This document shows positions 24,071 through 33,429 of a stretch of 47,013 bases of DNA, one piece after another (positions within the stretch are counted from its first letter, which is position 1; each line of letters starts with the position of its first letter). The notes beneath the pieces were generated by a model. The model worked only from the letters and a program-made list of their open reading frames with translations. It ran no database searches and was not told where the DNA came from. Origin of the DNA: a virus. Lineage: Duplodnaviria > Heunggongvirae > Uroviricota > Caudoviricetes. A program made the translations under genes and the position numbers. The stretch lies in the IMG/VR virus record IMGVR_UViG_2541047907_000003. One strand, 5' to 3'.

Positions 24071-24221
24071 ACCATAACGTCCGGCTTCTCTCACTCCTGA
24101 GCCGGACTGCATTGGTTTAATAAAAACCATCAACAATTGTGATTTAGATATTCGGAACCATTCAAATATAACAAAACCCCGTAAAAACGAGGTTTATGGA
24201 TAAATTTTATTATTGAATACA

Positions 24222-24395
24222 TCAGATTAAATTAATCTTGACATCATAGCTTTCAAGACCCGTCATTTTTTCCCGTGCGGTAAACTGAATACTGGTAACT
24301 TCTTTCCCGGTCTTTTTCTTAAGTTCAATAATTTTTTTTGTTATATATTCAGAAATATCTGCTTCTGCTTTTGTTTTTAAGTTTTCAATATTCAT
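24222..24395 (-). CDS. GnsA/GnsB-family small protein
   Basis: ORF below the 60-aa track threshold found by hand: MNIENLKTKAEADISEYITKKIIELKKKTGKEVTSIQFTAREKMTGLESYDVKINLI with AGGAAA Shine-Dalgarno; strongly resembles E. coli GnsB. Confidence 0.6.
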   Translation of the reverse strand: MNIENLKTKAEADISEYITKKIIELKKKTGKEVTSIQFTAREKMTGLESYDVKINLI

Positions 24396-24566
24396 CATTT
24401 CCTCTTTTAGTCTGTTATGACTTTCCAGTTACACAGTAAGTCGATTATATGGTGCAAACGTGTAAAAGATAAGATGAAACATCGCAATAATCAACATACG
24501 ATAGTCTAAATTTTACACAAACAGACAAAGAGAATTTTCCTGAATTATCAATGCAATAGCATCAAA

Positions 24567-24797
24567 TCAACTCAAGAGCCTTATTGCTGCTTCCAGAATT
24601 TCTTCTGAAGTAACATGTCGATCCGCGGCTACATAAATGACTTTATGATCTCCGGTCAGAGATGGAAACCCTGCGGCCATTACAGTAAGGTGTGTTTTTT
24701 CGCCATTTGGATATTCACGCATGATGGTGTTAACTCCAGTCATCGCTGGCACTACCACTGCTGGTTCAGAGTTAAAAAAAACTATGATTTTTTTCAT
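24567..24797 (-). CDS. hypothetical small protein
   Basis: track ORF 24567..24839; probable start at internal MKKIIVFFNSEPAVVVPAMTGVNTIMREYPNGEKTHL. Confidence 0.4.
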   Translation of the reverse strand: MKKIIVFFNSEPAVVVPAMTGVNTIMREYPNGEKTHLTVMAAGFPSLTGDHKVIYVAADRHVTSEEILEAAIRLLS

Positions 24798-25068
24798 GAT
24801 GTTACCGTAGTATGTGAGTATCCATCGAATAGACACCAAGCAAAAAAGCTCCCGAAGGAGCCTTCATTTTCACTTTTTTAAATCCAACGACAGACGGCTG
24901 GCATTTAAGTATTGTGAAATATTATCAAATGTAATCATCATTGATTTACAAAAGATACATTTTGCCCCGAAAGGATTCATGTCAGAAACATCAAAAGATG
25001 ATGTTCTATACTGGGAACCATGACAACACGGGCATCTAAAGTGAATATGGTTTGTAATATTGTCTACC

Positions 25069-25281
25069 TCAAAGCGCCACTACATGAACAGCGGCAGGAC
25101 CTTTAGGTCCGTTCTCAATACCAAATTCAACTTCCTGATTCTCAGTTAATGTTTTGAAATCGTTGCTCTGAATTGCTGAGAAATGGACAAACACATCTTT
25201 GCTGCCATCTTTCGGCGTGATGAAACCAAAACCTTTTTCAGGGTTAAACCATTTCACTAAACCAGTCATTTTGTTAGACAT
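25069..25281 (-). CDS. cspI: cold-shock domain protein (CspA family)
   Basis: 70-aa [56 protein letters not shown] with RNP1 motif KGFGFI and RNP2 VFVHF. Confidence 0.7.
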   Translation of the reverse strand: MSNKMTGLVKWFNPEKGFGFITPKDGSKDVFVHFSAIQSNDFKTLTENQEVEFGIENGPKGPAAVHVVAL

Positions 25282-25643
25282 AATTATTACCTTTTGAAGA
25301 AATTAGCCCTTGGGCAGAATGGTCCGAAAAAAAATATCAGAGAGAAAAACCAACAAGGAAATCTCAAGAGGTACAAATAATAAAATTATAACAATGACTG
25401 CTTCAGATAAATTTGTAACAAACCAGAACACCATTAACGCATGATTAACCACCCATAGCAAGGATTACTTTTGTAAAGAAAAACACAGCAATGAAAGAAT
25501 AGCTTTATTTATTAATAAAACGTGTCATTCTGATTAAGACCTTTTATCTTACCCTTAAGATTTCAGGAATTTTGGCTCATGGAAGAGTCCTTTTTATTTA
25601 AATTTTACATTCCGCGATGTAAATGTTCCGATTTAATATTACC

Positions 25644-26671
<1,028 letters not shown>

Positions 26672-26749
26672 AGATATTTATGATGAGGACGCTCGTGCTT
26701 ATTGGCAGGATTTTCAATCTTAAAGGAGTACTGATGCTGCAGATAAGAC

Positions 26750-26977
26750 TCAACTTTTCTGACAATTTTCTGCTACTTCCAGGAAGACTTGCCGGACGCT
26801 CATTCTGGCTGCTGCCTCGTAAAACTCCAGCGCAGCTCCTTCAACACGGTCCATGGCGACATCCAGGCCAAAAATTTCACCGTCAAAGCGTTCTTTGTCC
26901 TGTAAGGCTACAGTTACCGTAACTTTATTCTCAAAATTACGGACTCCTTTCACAACCAGTTCATAGTCTTGAGTCAT
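26750..26977 (-). CDS. hypothetical protein between holin and endolysin (YdfR-like position)
   Basis: 75-aa ORF MTQDYELVVKGVRNFENKVTVTVALQDKERFDGEIFGLDVAMDRVEGAALEFYEAAARM filling the holin-lysozyme gap. Confidence 0.5.
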   Translation of the reverse strand: MTQDYELVVKGVRNFENKVTVTVALQDKERFDGEIFGLDVAMDRVEGAALEFYEAAARMSVRQVFLEVAENCQKS

Positions 26978-26981
26978 TGGA

Positions 26982-27197
26982 TTATTCTCCTCTCGCAGCC
27001 TTACGCCTGTCTTCTTTAATCTTGAAATAAAGATTTGTCAGATACGTCAGCAGGCCAAAAACCAGGCTACCCAGCACACCGATTGCAGCCCACTGTGACG
27101 GAGTTACTTTATCGAGTAACTGCAATGCCCAGAAACCAGCATTACCCGCCGATGTGCCATAGGCAACACCTGTTGTTAACTTATCCATTGATTTCAT
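26982..27197 (-). CDS. class II holin, P21 S-like pinholin with dual-start motif
   Basis: track ORF 26982..27272; start placed at [71 protein letters not shown] (71 aa, two TM segments, MKSM dual start). Confidence 0.85.
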   Translation of the reverse strand: MKSMDKLTTGVAYGTSAGNAGFWALQLLDKVTPSQWAAIGVLGSLVFGLLTYLTNLYFKIKEDRRKAARGE

Positions 27198-27416
27198 ATC
27201 CTCACCCCGATGTACACGGATGGTGCAATATGTTTGAAAAGATCGGAGTCTACGGGGTAGTTTTGACAGCACACGTTGTTCTCAACGGCGCTAAAAAAAC
27301 ATACACATTAAAAATGTGGGTAATTATTTTGAAAGAAAGTCATATATAAAATAATAATACGAGAAATGTTTTCATATTTAGTGTACTGTATACGGCCATT
27401 TATACAGGAAAAGCCT

Positions 27417-27587
27417 ATGTCAGAACGTAAAGACTCAAAATCACGCCGTAATTATCTCGTTAAATGTTCCTGCCCAAACTGCACCCAAGAGTCAGAACAC
27501 AGTTTTTCAAGAGTACAAAAAGGTGCCCTTTTGATCTGCCCTCATTGCAACAAAGTATTCCAGACAAATCTTAAAGCTGTAGCCTGA
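27417..27587 (+). CDS. small zinc-ribbon protein
   Basis: track ORF 27366..27587; probable start MSERKDSKSRRNYLVKCSCPNCTQESEHSFSRVQKGALLICPHCNKVF with CxxC...CxxC; RBS AGGAAAAG upstream. Confidence 0.5.
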   Translation: MSERKDSKSRRNYLVKCSCPNCTQESEHSFSRVQKGALLICPHCNKVFQTNLKAVA

Positions 27588-27644
27588 TTGATTTTATTAG
27601 TAACAAGTATTTTTTATATTTTAATAATATATTTAAAACAGATA

Positions 27645-27668
27645 ATAAAAAACCCGCCTGAGCGGGTT
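27645..27668 (-). terminator. rho-independent terminator downstream of cspB
   Basis: stem AAACCCGC-TCAG-GCGGGTTT followed on minus strand by TTTTTATTAT. Confidence 0.65.
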
Positions 27669-27950
27669 TGAGATTGTGGTGCTTTTTGTGGGAGTCATCC
27701 ACTTACGCACTTTGTTTTGCGATGCCAGCAGTTAGCTTCTGCTGTGAAACTATTCATGCAGCAAACCTGCACTTCACCACAATGGTTAGCATACTTTTCC
27801 TGATTAAGATTTTGCCAAATATGCTGGCCATTGTTTCATGTATTGGACCTCCTTACTTTTTATTAAAGAGATCCAATATTCACTACTCTGTCCGTATCTC
27901 TACTCAGGCATCAGCCTTCTTCGTTATCGTATACAGACGAGCGATGAATT

Positions 27951-28166
27951 TTAATCAGTAATGATGACATTTGCTGCTGCAGGACCTTTAGCACCACTCT
28001 CTATAGAGAAGGTAACCTTTTGACCTTCAAATAAGGTTCGATAATTATCATTCTGAATCGCAGAAAAATGCACAAACACATCTTTACTACCATCAACAGG
28101 AGAAATAAAGCCGAAACCTTTATCAGCGTTAAACCATTTTACTAAACCAGTCATTTTATTTGACAT
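27951..28166 (-). CDS. cspB: cold-shock domain protein (CspA family)
   Basis: 71-aa [56 protein letters not shown]. Confidence 0.7.
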   Translation of the reverse strand: MSNKMTGLVKWFNADKGFGFISPVDGSKDVFVHFSAIQNDNYRTLFEGQKVTFSIESGAKGPAAANVIITD

Positions 28167-28466
28167 TCTACATTCCTTAACTTGAGCCTTTCGGCATAAA
28201 TGGTTTGCATAACAGAAACGACTTCGTACTTAATTGGAGAGACTCAAAGAAGGAATAAGTGAATAACACCTGAAATGAGAACTGCTTTAGTAAACTACTT
28301 CGTATATCGTCTGTTCTTCAAACCGACGCAATCATTAACGCATAGTTGAACATATGAAGCAATGTTTATTTTAGACATCCAGCCATCTTCAACCCCATCA
28401 AAAAACTATAGCTTTCTTCAGGAACGTGTGTATAGTGCGCCAAGTTATCAGTATTAAGGAATTTTT

Positions 28467-28679
28467 TTGTCCCGTAAAATGACAGGAATTGTCAAAACCT
28501 TTGACGGCAAAAGCGGCAAGGGTCTTATCACCCCATCCGATGGTCGTATCGATGTCCAGCTTCATGTTTCAGCGCTCAATCTCCGCGATGCAGAAGAAAT
28601 TACCACCGGATTACGCGTGGAATTTTGCCGGATAAATGGTCTGCGTGGCCCTTCAGCTGCCAATGTTTACCTTTCATGA
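28467..28679 (+). CDS. cspF: divergent cold-shock domain paralog
   Basis: 70-aa [73 protein letters not shown]; degenerate RNP motifs. Confidence 0.6.
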
Positions 28680-28733
28680 GCTATATTAAAGCTTTAATTT
28701 CAGGCCCCATCGGATCACACATGGAGAGTTTTT

Positions 28734-28823
28734 ATGAATAACCCCGTCTGTCTTGATGACTGGTTGATTGGCTTTAAAAGCTTATGCTGTACTTTGGCCG
28801 TAATAGCTCTGCTAATAATATAA
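28734..28823 (+). CDS. candidate 29-aa hydrophobic small protein
   Basis: hand-found [32 protein letters not shown] with GGAGAG about 7 nt upstream; lies between cspF and a plus-strand terminator. Confidence 0.35.
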
Positions 28824-28975
28824 TAAGCAGACTCATTGTGTTTAGGGACATTGTACTGGAAGAAAACATTTTAAACATCAGGCAAATAACCAAGTCACCA
28901 GCTAAATAATAAGTTAACAGACATGAGTCCCGGGATGAGATTCATCATTACCATTGCCCCATTTAAAGCACAAAA

Positions 28976-29005
28976 CCCGCTCATCAGCGGGTTTTCTACT
29001 TTTTC
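28976..29005 (+). terminator. rho-independent terminator
   Basis: stem AAACCCGCT-CATC-AGCGGGTTT followed by TCTACTTTTTCTT on the plus strand. Confidence 0.6.
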
Positions 29006-29100
29006 TTAACGTCGGGTATACAAAGCCCATCGTTGAAAAAAATTTATCCATATTTTTTGAAAAATGCAAACATCATGTCGCCATCTTCAGCAAAAATCAT

Positions 29101-29853
29101 TTATCTCGTCACCTTCCTCAATTGCGCTTCCGCGTATGCTTCTTCCTGCCAGCACTTTGTTACCAGTTTACCAATGACGTCCGCATACCCCTTATACCAC
29201 TGATAATCGGTCAGGTCTGGTACCAGCTTCTGGACATGACGTCGTGCCAGCGTGGTCGGTAAACGACTAAACCGGTTTCCATTACAACGCCCACAAATCT
29301 TATATACCGGTACGCCATGAAACCGGGTTCTTTTTTCATCCAGAACAATCCCTTTACCCTTACACCCTCTGCACGCTGTGCTGGCTTCGCCCTTACCATG
29401 GCAATGCTGACATAGTTCCTTCACCCATTCTTCCTTGATTACAGATTCCCCGCGTCTGTAGTGTTTCACCACTTCGCGCAATACATTATAAAATCCCGTA
29501 CCTGAACAATGCTCACAGCGAGCCTTACTTGCCGCAGACCTGGAGTAATCAGCAAAGGCAAAACTCACGAGGTAAGGAATAATCTGTAACCGGATTTCTT
29601 CACTCAATTTGTTCAATGTCGGGTTATCCAGTGCCATCGCGTAATTTAGCAGGCCTTCAATCGCAAACTGAGGGTCCTGAACACCAACTTTTGCCAGAAA
29701 TAAGGCCAACCCAAGTGGTGCTTTCGACTGCACCATCCCCTGCGCTGCCATTACATCCGTAATTGTTAAACAACCGGTGCCTGTCGCTGGAGCGTCATCG
29801 CTCAATTTTGGAGATTTTGGGGAGTAATATTTTGGTAAGGCTTCAAGGTTCAT
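29101..29853 (-). CDS. late-gene antiterminator Q (Qin QuuQ-like)
   Basis: track ORF 29101..29883; start at MNLEALPKYYSPKSPKLSDDAPATGTGCL; Cys/His zinc-binding cluster CEHCSGTG...CQHCHGKG...CRGCKGKG. Confidence 0.75.
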   Translation of the reverse strand: MNLEALPKYYSPKSPKLSDDAPATGTGCLTITDVMAAQGMVQSKAPLGLALFLAKVGVQDPQFAIEGLLNYAMALDNPTLNKLSEEIRLQIIPYLVSFAFADYSRSAASKARCEHCSGTGFYNVLREVVKHYRRGESVIKEEWVKELCQHCHGKGEASTACRGCKGKGIVLDEKRTRFHGVPVYKICGRCNGNRFSRLPTTLARRHVQKLVPDLTDYQWYKGYADVIGKLVTKCWQEEAYAEAQLRKVTR

Positions 29854-29866
29854 GCTCGTTCTCCAC

Positions 29867-30955
29867 TTACGCCAGTACGCCAATTGCCAGCGCGCGATCG
29901 ATAAAACGAAATATCAGCTCCAGTTGGGAGCCATACTTCTCTTCAAATGCCACTGTATCCGTATGCAGCTCGTTGTGATGCTTTCTGCACAAAGGCAACA
30001 CAAAGAGATCATGTGCTTTTGTTCCCATTCCGCCCTGCCCGTGACCAATCAGATGATGCGGATCGTCGGCTGGCATACCGCAGCAAGCACACGGCTGTGT
30101 CTTAACCCAACGTGTGTATTTCTCCTTAACCCAGCGGCGACGTTTAGGCAGCTTCATGAAAGATTCCGGAGACTCTGGATCAACGGTGATGCTTACCACC
30201 GTCTTTTCCTGTGGTAGTTTTTGTTGCTGGTGGGCGTAAGGCAACGGTGCAAGATTTTTTGTGCGTTGTTTCAATATGCTGGTGGCGGTCTGCTCTCCCG
30301 GTACGATGTCGCTTTCGCGGTACACCGAGCAGATTTTTTCCGCTGGTAATCCCAGCGAACGACGCGATACAGCCTCAGGTAGTGCATCCACCACCTGATT
30401 GCAGACCGCCCACCAGGATAATTCAGCCAAAGATAATTCCCGCTCCTGCGTACCGCTTATTGCGTGACGGATGACGTCAATCACCCATGCTGTCAGATTT
30501 TGTTGAGCAAGCAGCTCCAGTGATTCCGATGTCTGGTCACGCAGTTGGTTGTCGCAGTGCCAACACAACACCATTGCGCCGGTACCATAACGGTGAATGA
30601 CTGTTTCAGTGTGATGGTAATCGCCATTAGGCCACTGGCAGGATGTAACATGACGTAATAGCCAGTCAGACAATGAGCCAACGCCGCCAGCAGCACGAAT
30701 CACCCGTTCGTTACTAAAAAACGGCAGCAATGTTTTGTCTTCCGCCAGCGGCTGGCCAACGGCAGGAACGACTCCGGATGGCAGATTACGCATGCTTTTT
30801 GGTTCCGGTTCCACCAGCACTCGAGGATTATGAAATATCTGTATGGATTCACGGCCCGGCTTAAGGACCACCAGCCCAAGCTCAGGCACCAGAACAGGTC
30901 TAAGTAATACCCGCACGTTACCTCCAGATCCGTTGCTGGAAAGTGCGGGACGCAC
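29867..30955 (-). CDS. DUF968-like protein with C-terminal HNH-like Cys/His motif (YdfU-like)
   Basis: 362-aa ORF; C-terminus CACCGMPADDPHHLIGHGQGGMGTKAHDLFVLPLCRKHHNELH; true start uncertain. Confidence 0.6.
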   Translation of the reverse strand: MRPALSSNGSGGNVRVLLRPVLVPELGLVVLKPGRESIQIFHNPRVLVEPEPKSMRNLPSGVVPAVGQPLAEDKTLLPFFSNERVIRAAGGVGSLSDWLLRHVTSCQWPNGDYHHTETVIHRYGTGAMVLCWHCDNQLRDQTSESLELLAQQNLTAWVIDVIRHAISGTQERELSLAELSWWAVCNQVVDALPEAVSRRSLGLPAEKICSVYRESDIVPGEQTATSILKQRTKNLAPLPYAHQQQKLPQEKTVVSITVDPESPESFMKLPKRRRWVKEKYTRWVKTQPCACCGMPADDPHHLIGHGQGGMGTKAHDLFVLPLCRKHHNELHTDTVAFEEKYGSQLELIFRFIDRALAIGVLA

Positions 30956-31196
30956 GTGGTGGGCGTTCGGAGTAAGGCAATCTGACTGAGATTATCCAGT
31001 GACGGTAGTCGAGACTAAGGGCTTTCTTAACCTCGTATCCGCGCCTGCGGTAACACTGAATTATCCATTCAGCCTGCTCTTCAGTGCATGGAGGGTGTTG
31101 GAACCATTCAGACTTGAATGCGTGAGAATACCGCTCGTGCGTGCAGGCAAGAACGGGCGAATTATCAGAATTGTAATATTTTACGTTGCGTGCCAT
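30918..31196 (-). CDS. hypothetical protein
   Basis: 92-aa ORF MARNVKYYNSDNSPVLACTHERYSHAFKSEWFQHPPCTEEQAEWIIQCYRRRGYEV; overlaps the start of the upstream gene. Confidence 0.4.
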   Translation of the reverse strand: MARNVKYYNSDNSPVLACTHERYSHAFKSEWFQHPPCTEEQAEWIIQCYRRRGYEVKKALSLDYRHWIISVRLPYSERPPRASRTFQQRIWR

Positions 31197-31262
31197 CGGT
31201 TTTCTCCGGTGGCACGGTGTTACTCAGCGGGAGTTCAGCCCCGCGCAAGATTGTAGATGAGT

Positions 31263-31514
31263 TTATTCTTCTGCAAAAGCTGAAAAGCCTGCTTTTATTC
31301 CGATCTCTTTCAGTGCCTGTAATGAAGTGACAAACTCACCTTCGCGCAAGATAAATCTGTCTGTCACTCGACCATCCACAAAATTAATTAACGCAGCCCC
31401 ATTCTTTCGCAAACACATAATGCGGTAATGACTAACAAGATTTCCATTTTCAACGCACACAGCATAGAGGCCATCTTCACAAAAAATTTTACGCAGTTCT
31501 TCGATGTTCATCAT
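31263..31514 (-). CDS. hypothetical protein (possibly Rem-like)
   Basis: 83-aa ORF MMNIEELRKIFCEDGLYAVCVENGNLVSHYRIM...; position and length match what I recall for Qin rem, sequence identity not verified. Confidence 0.4.
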   Translation of the reverse strand: MMNIEELRKIFCEDGLYAVCVENGNLVSHYRIMCLRKNGAALINFVDGRVTDRFILREGEFVTSLQALKEIGIKAGFSAFAEE

Positions 31515-31630
31515 CAGAATCCTTCCGGATAATTAGCTCTCCCCTTTAAGGGACCATCCCTCTTATCCCTGCGCGCTACTTAAGTATTTTTGATTCTATT
31601 CCGGCACCGTCCAGAACTTCAAACGCGTTG

Positions 31631-31662
31631 AAAATAAAAACAAAAACCCGCCGAAGCGGGTT
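31631..31662 (-). terminator. rho-independent terminator downstream of hokD
   Basis: stem AACCCGC-TTCG-GCGGGTT followed on minus strand by TTTTTGTTTTTATTTT. Confidence 0.7.
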
Positions 31663-31730
31663 AAGTGCGGGTGCGTTGAGGATGCCTGACACATCAGAGG
31701 TGGCGAGGGATTTCTCCCTCGCCGGGTCTC

Positions 31731-31886
31731 TTACTCCTCAGGTTCGTAAGCTGTGAAGACAGCGACCTCCGTCTGGCCGGTTCGGATTCGTACCTCGCAG
31801 AGGTCTTTCCTCGTTACCAGTGCCGTCACTATGACGGTTAAACAGATGACGATCAGGGCGATTAACATCGCCTTTTGCTGCTTCAT
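31731..31886 (-). CDS. hokD: Hok-family type I toxin (small membrane peptide)
   Basis: hand-found 51-aa ORF MKQQKAMLIALIVICLTVIVTALVTRKDLCEVRIRTGQTEVAVFTAYEPEE, below the track threshold; a Hok sequence. Confidence 0.85.
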   Translation of the reverse strand: MKQQKAMLIALIVICLTVIVTALVTRKDLCEVRIRTGQTEVAVFTAYEPEE

Positions 31887-31957
31887 AGCCTGCTTCTCCT
31901 GTCAACGCAAAGCAGAAGTGTCACCTTCGGTGCGAAACAGAGATGTCATGCTTTGGT

Positions 31958-32245
31958 TCAGAGAATGCGTTTGACCGCCTCGCTATATACTTCCGAGCGT
32001 TCTCTTTTCCCAACAGAAATCACGAAAACGACAACTTTCTCGTCTATAACCTGGTATACAAGGCGATAGCCTGAAGACCGGAGCTTAATCTTGTAACAAT
32101 CAGGCATACCACGGAGCTTGTTTGCTTCAATCCGGGGTGACTCAAGTACTTCAACCAGCTTCTTTTTCAACTGTTCACGTACCGTCGAGCCCAGCTTTCG
32201 CCATTCCTTTAGTGCCCGCTCGTCAAAATCCAGAAAATACGCCAT
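31958..32245 (-). CDS. relE: RelE mRNA interferase toxin
   Basis: 95-aa ORF MAYFLDFDERALKEWRKLGSTVREQLKKKLVEVLESPRIEANKLRGMPDCYKIKLRSSGYRLVYQV. Confidence 0.9.
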   Translation of the reverse strand: MAYFLDFDERALKEWRKLGSTVREQLKKKLVEVLESPRIEANKLRGMPDCYKIKLRSSGYRLVYQVIDEKVVVFVISVGKRERSEVYSEAVKRIL

Positions 32246-32484
32246 CAGAGTTCATCCAGCGTCACACGTACTGGCTTAGGATTACGAAGCCGTTCTTTCA
32301 CTATCTCCACAAGTTCAGCATCTTCATCACTCAGGAGTGTCTGTTTGAACGGCAAGCGTTCATTGTCAGCGATATACTCGAGCATGAGACGAAGCGCTTC
32401 AGAAGGAGTTACACCCATTTTTTCAAGCGCGGCGTAAGAACGCGCTTTAAGTTCATCGTCAATACGCAGGTTAATGCTACCCAT
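32245..32484 (-). CDS. relB: RelB antitoxin
   Basis: 79-aa ORF MGSINLRIDDELKARSYAALEKMGVTPSEALRLMLEYIADNERLPFKQTLL; stop overlaps relE start. Confidence 0.9.
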   Translation of the reverse strand: MGSINLRIDDELKARSYAALEKMGVTPSEALRLMLEYIADNERLPFKQTLLSDEDAELVEIVKERLRNPKPVRVTLDEL

Positions 32485-32496
32485 GTCTTACACCTC

Positions 32497-32522
32497 TTGT
32501 AATTACAAATGTCATTACAAGT
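32497..32522. promoter_or_regulatory. relBE promoter/operator with TTGTAAT repeats
   Basis: TTGTAATTACAAATGTCATTACAAG just upstream of relB; palindromic TTGTAAT/ATTACAA units read directly. Confidence 0.6.
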
Positions 32523-32814
32523 ATCGCACTACAACATGCTTAGGGCAAGTCACGAAGGAAGTCAGAAAGTAGTCGTAAGAACGGTGATCACTGTCCGCTT
32601 TCTGCCAGGAGCAGCCATTGCTAAGTCCATCCTGTATTGTGCAGGTCAGCTCGTTTTTAAAGAGTCCGGCCATCATCTTACTGGTACAGACACCATATAC
32701 TTTGTGACGGTCAGGCTACATATGCACAACTCAACTTATTCATCTATTTTTTGCTTTAGCATGTCAGTGTTGCTTTCTCGTCGGCGGGTGAGCGGTGACC
32801 TGACCTGTCGATAA
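32509..32814 (+). CDS. hypothetical protein
   Basis: 101-aa ORF divergent from relB; no recognisable domain; could be non-coding. Confidence 0.25.
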   Translation: MSLQVSHYNMLRASHEGSQKVVVRTVITVRFLPGAAIAKSILYCAGQLVFKESGHHLTGTDTIYFVTVRLHMHNSTYSSIFCFSMSVLLSRRRVSGDLTCR

Positions 32815-33016
32815 AGGAACGTAACACGTTTTATGCAACACCCGCATGCGGCAGAAAATTATTGCCGAACGTTTACCCCTGTCAACAAGCTTTACTTTCT
32901 GAGGCGCGCCAGCCCGCGAGGAAAACAATCTGAACATCAAACAATTAATGACACAAGAAATACGATTAAAGATTTTTTTGTGCATGCCGATAGTGCTTTT
33001 TTAAAAGGAGAAATCT

Positions 33017-33349
33017 ATGTCTGTCACAATTCAGGGAAATACCTCAACCGTTATTTCAAACAACTCCGCCCCGGAAGGAACATCAGAAATAGCCAAAATC
33101 ACAAGACAAATTCAGGTGCTGACTGAAAAGCTTGGGAAAATCTCATCGGAAGAGGGGATGACGACACAGCAGAAAAAAGAAATGGCTGCATTGGTACAGA
33201 AGCAAATTGAAAGCCTCTGGGCTCAACTGGAGCAGTTGTTAAGGCAGCAGGCAGAGAAAAAGAATGAAGACGCGACAGTTCAGCCTGATAAAAAAGAAGA
33301 GAAAAAAGACGATACAAATACCGCTGGCACCATTGATATTTACGTCTAA
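33017..33349 (+). CDS. flxA: FlxA-like protein
   Basis: 110-aa ORF MSVTIQGNTSTVISNNSAPEGTSEIAKITRQIQVLTEKLGKISSEEGMTTQQKKEMAALVQKQIESLWAQLEQ. Confidence 0.75.
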   Translation: MSVTIQGNTSTVISNNSAPEGTSEIAKITRQIQVLTEKLGKISSEEGMTTQQKKEMAALVQKQIESLWAQLEQLLRQQAEKKNEDATVQPDKKEEKKDDTNTAGTIDIYV

Positions 33350-33429
33350 GTGACAGCCGTATTGTGGCCCTCATCGGGCCACTTTTCGCCATCAGCCTTT
33401 TCTTTAAAGACATATTATCTTTGTATCAT

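Noticed and set aside
24615-25023. 88-aa and 69-aa plus-strand ORFs in the AT-rich block
   Set aside because: They overlap the small minus-strand gene at 24567-24797 or fall in AT-rich intergenic DNA where random ORFs are common; no RBS or homology recognised.
28954-29262. 102-aa plus-strand ORF
   Set aside because: Overlaps the 3' end of antiterminator Q on the opposite strand and begins in a terminator region; no supporting signals.
31753-32069. 73-aa and 64-aa plus-strand ORFs
   Set aside because: Antisense to hokD and relE. The region may encode an antisense RNA, but these protein frames are not credible.
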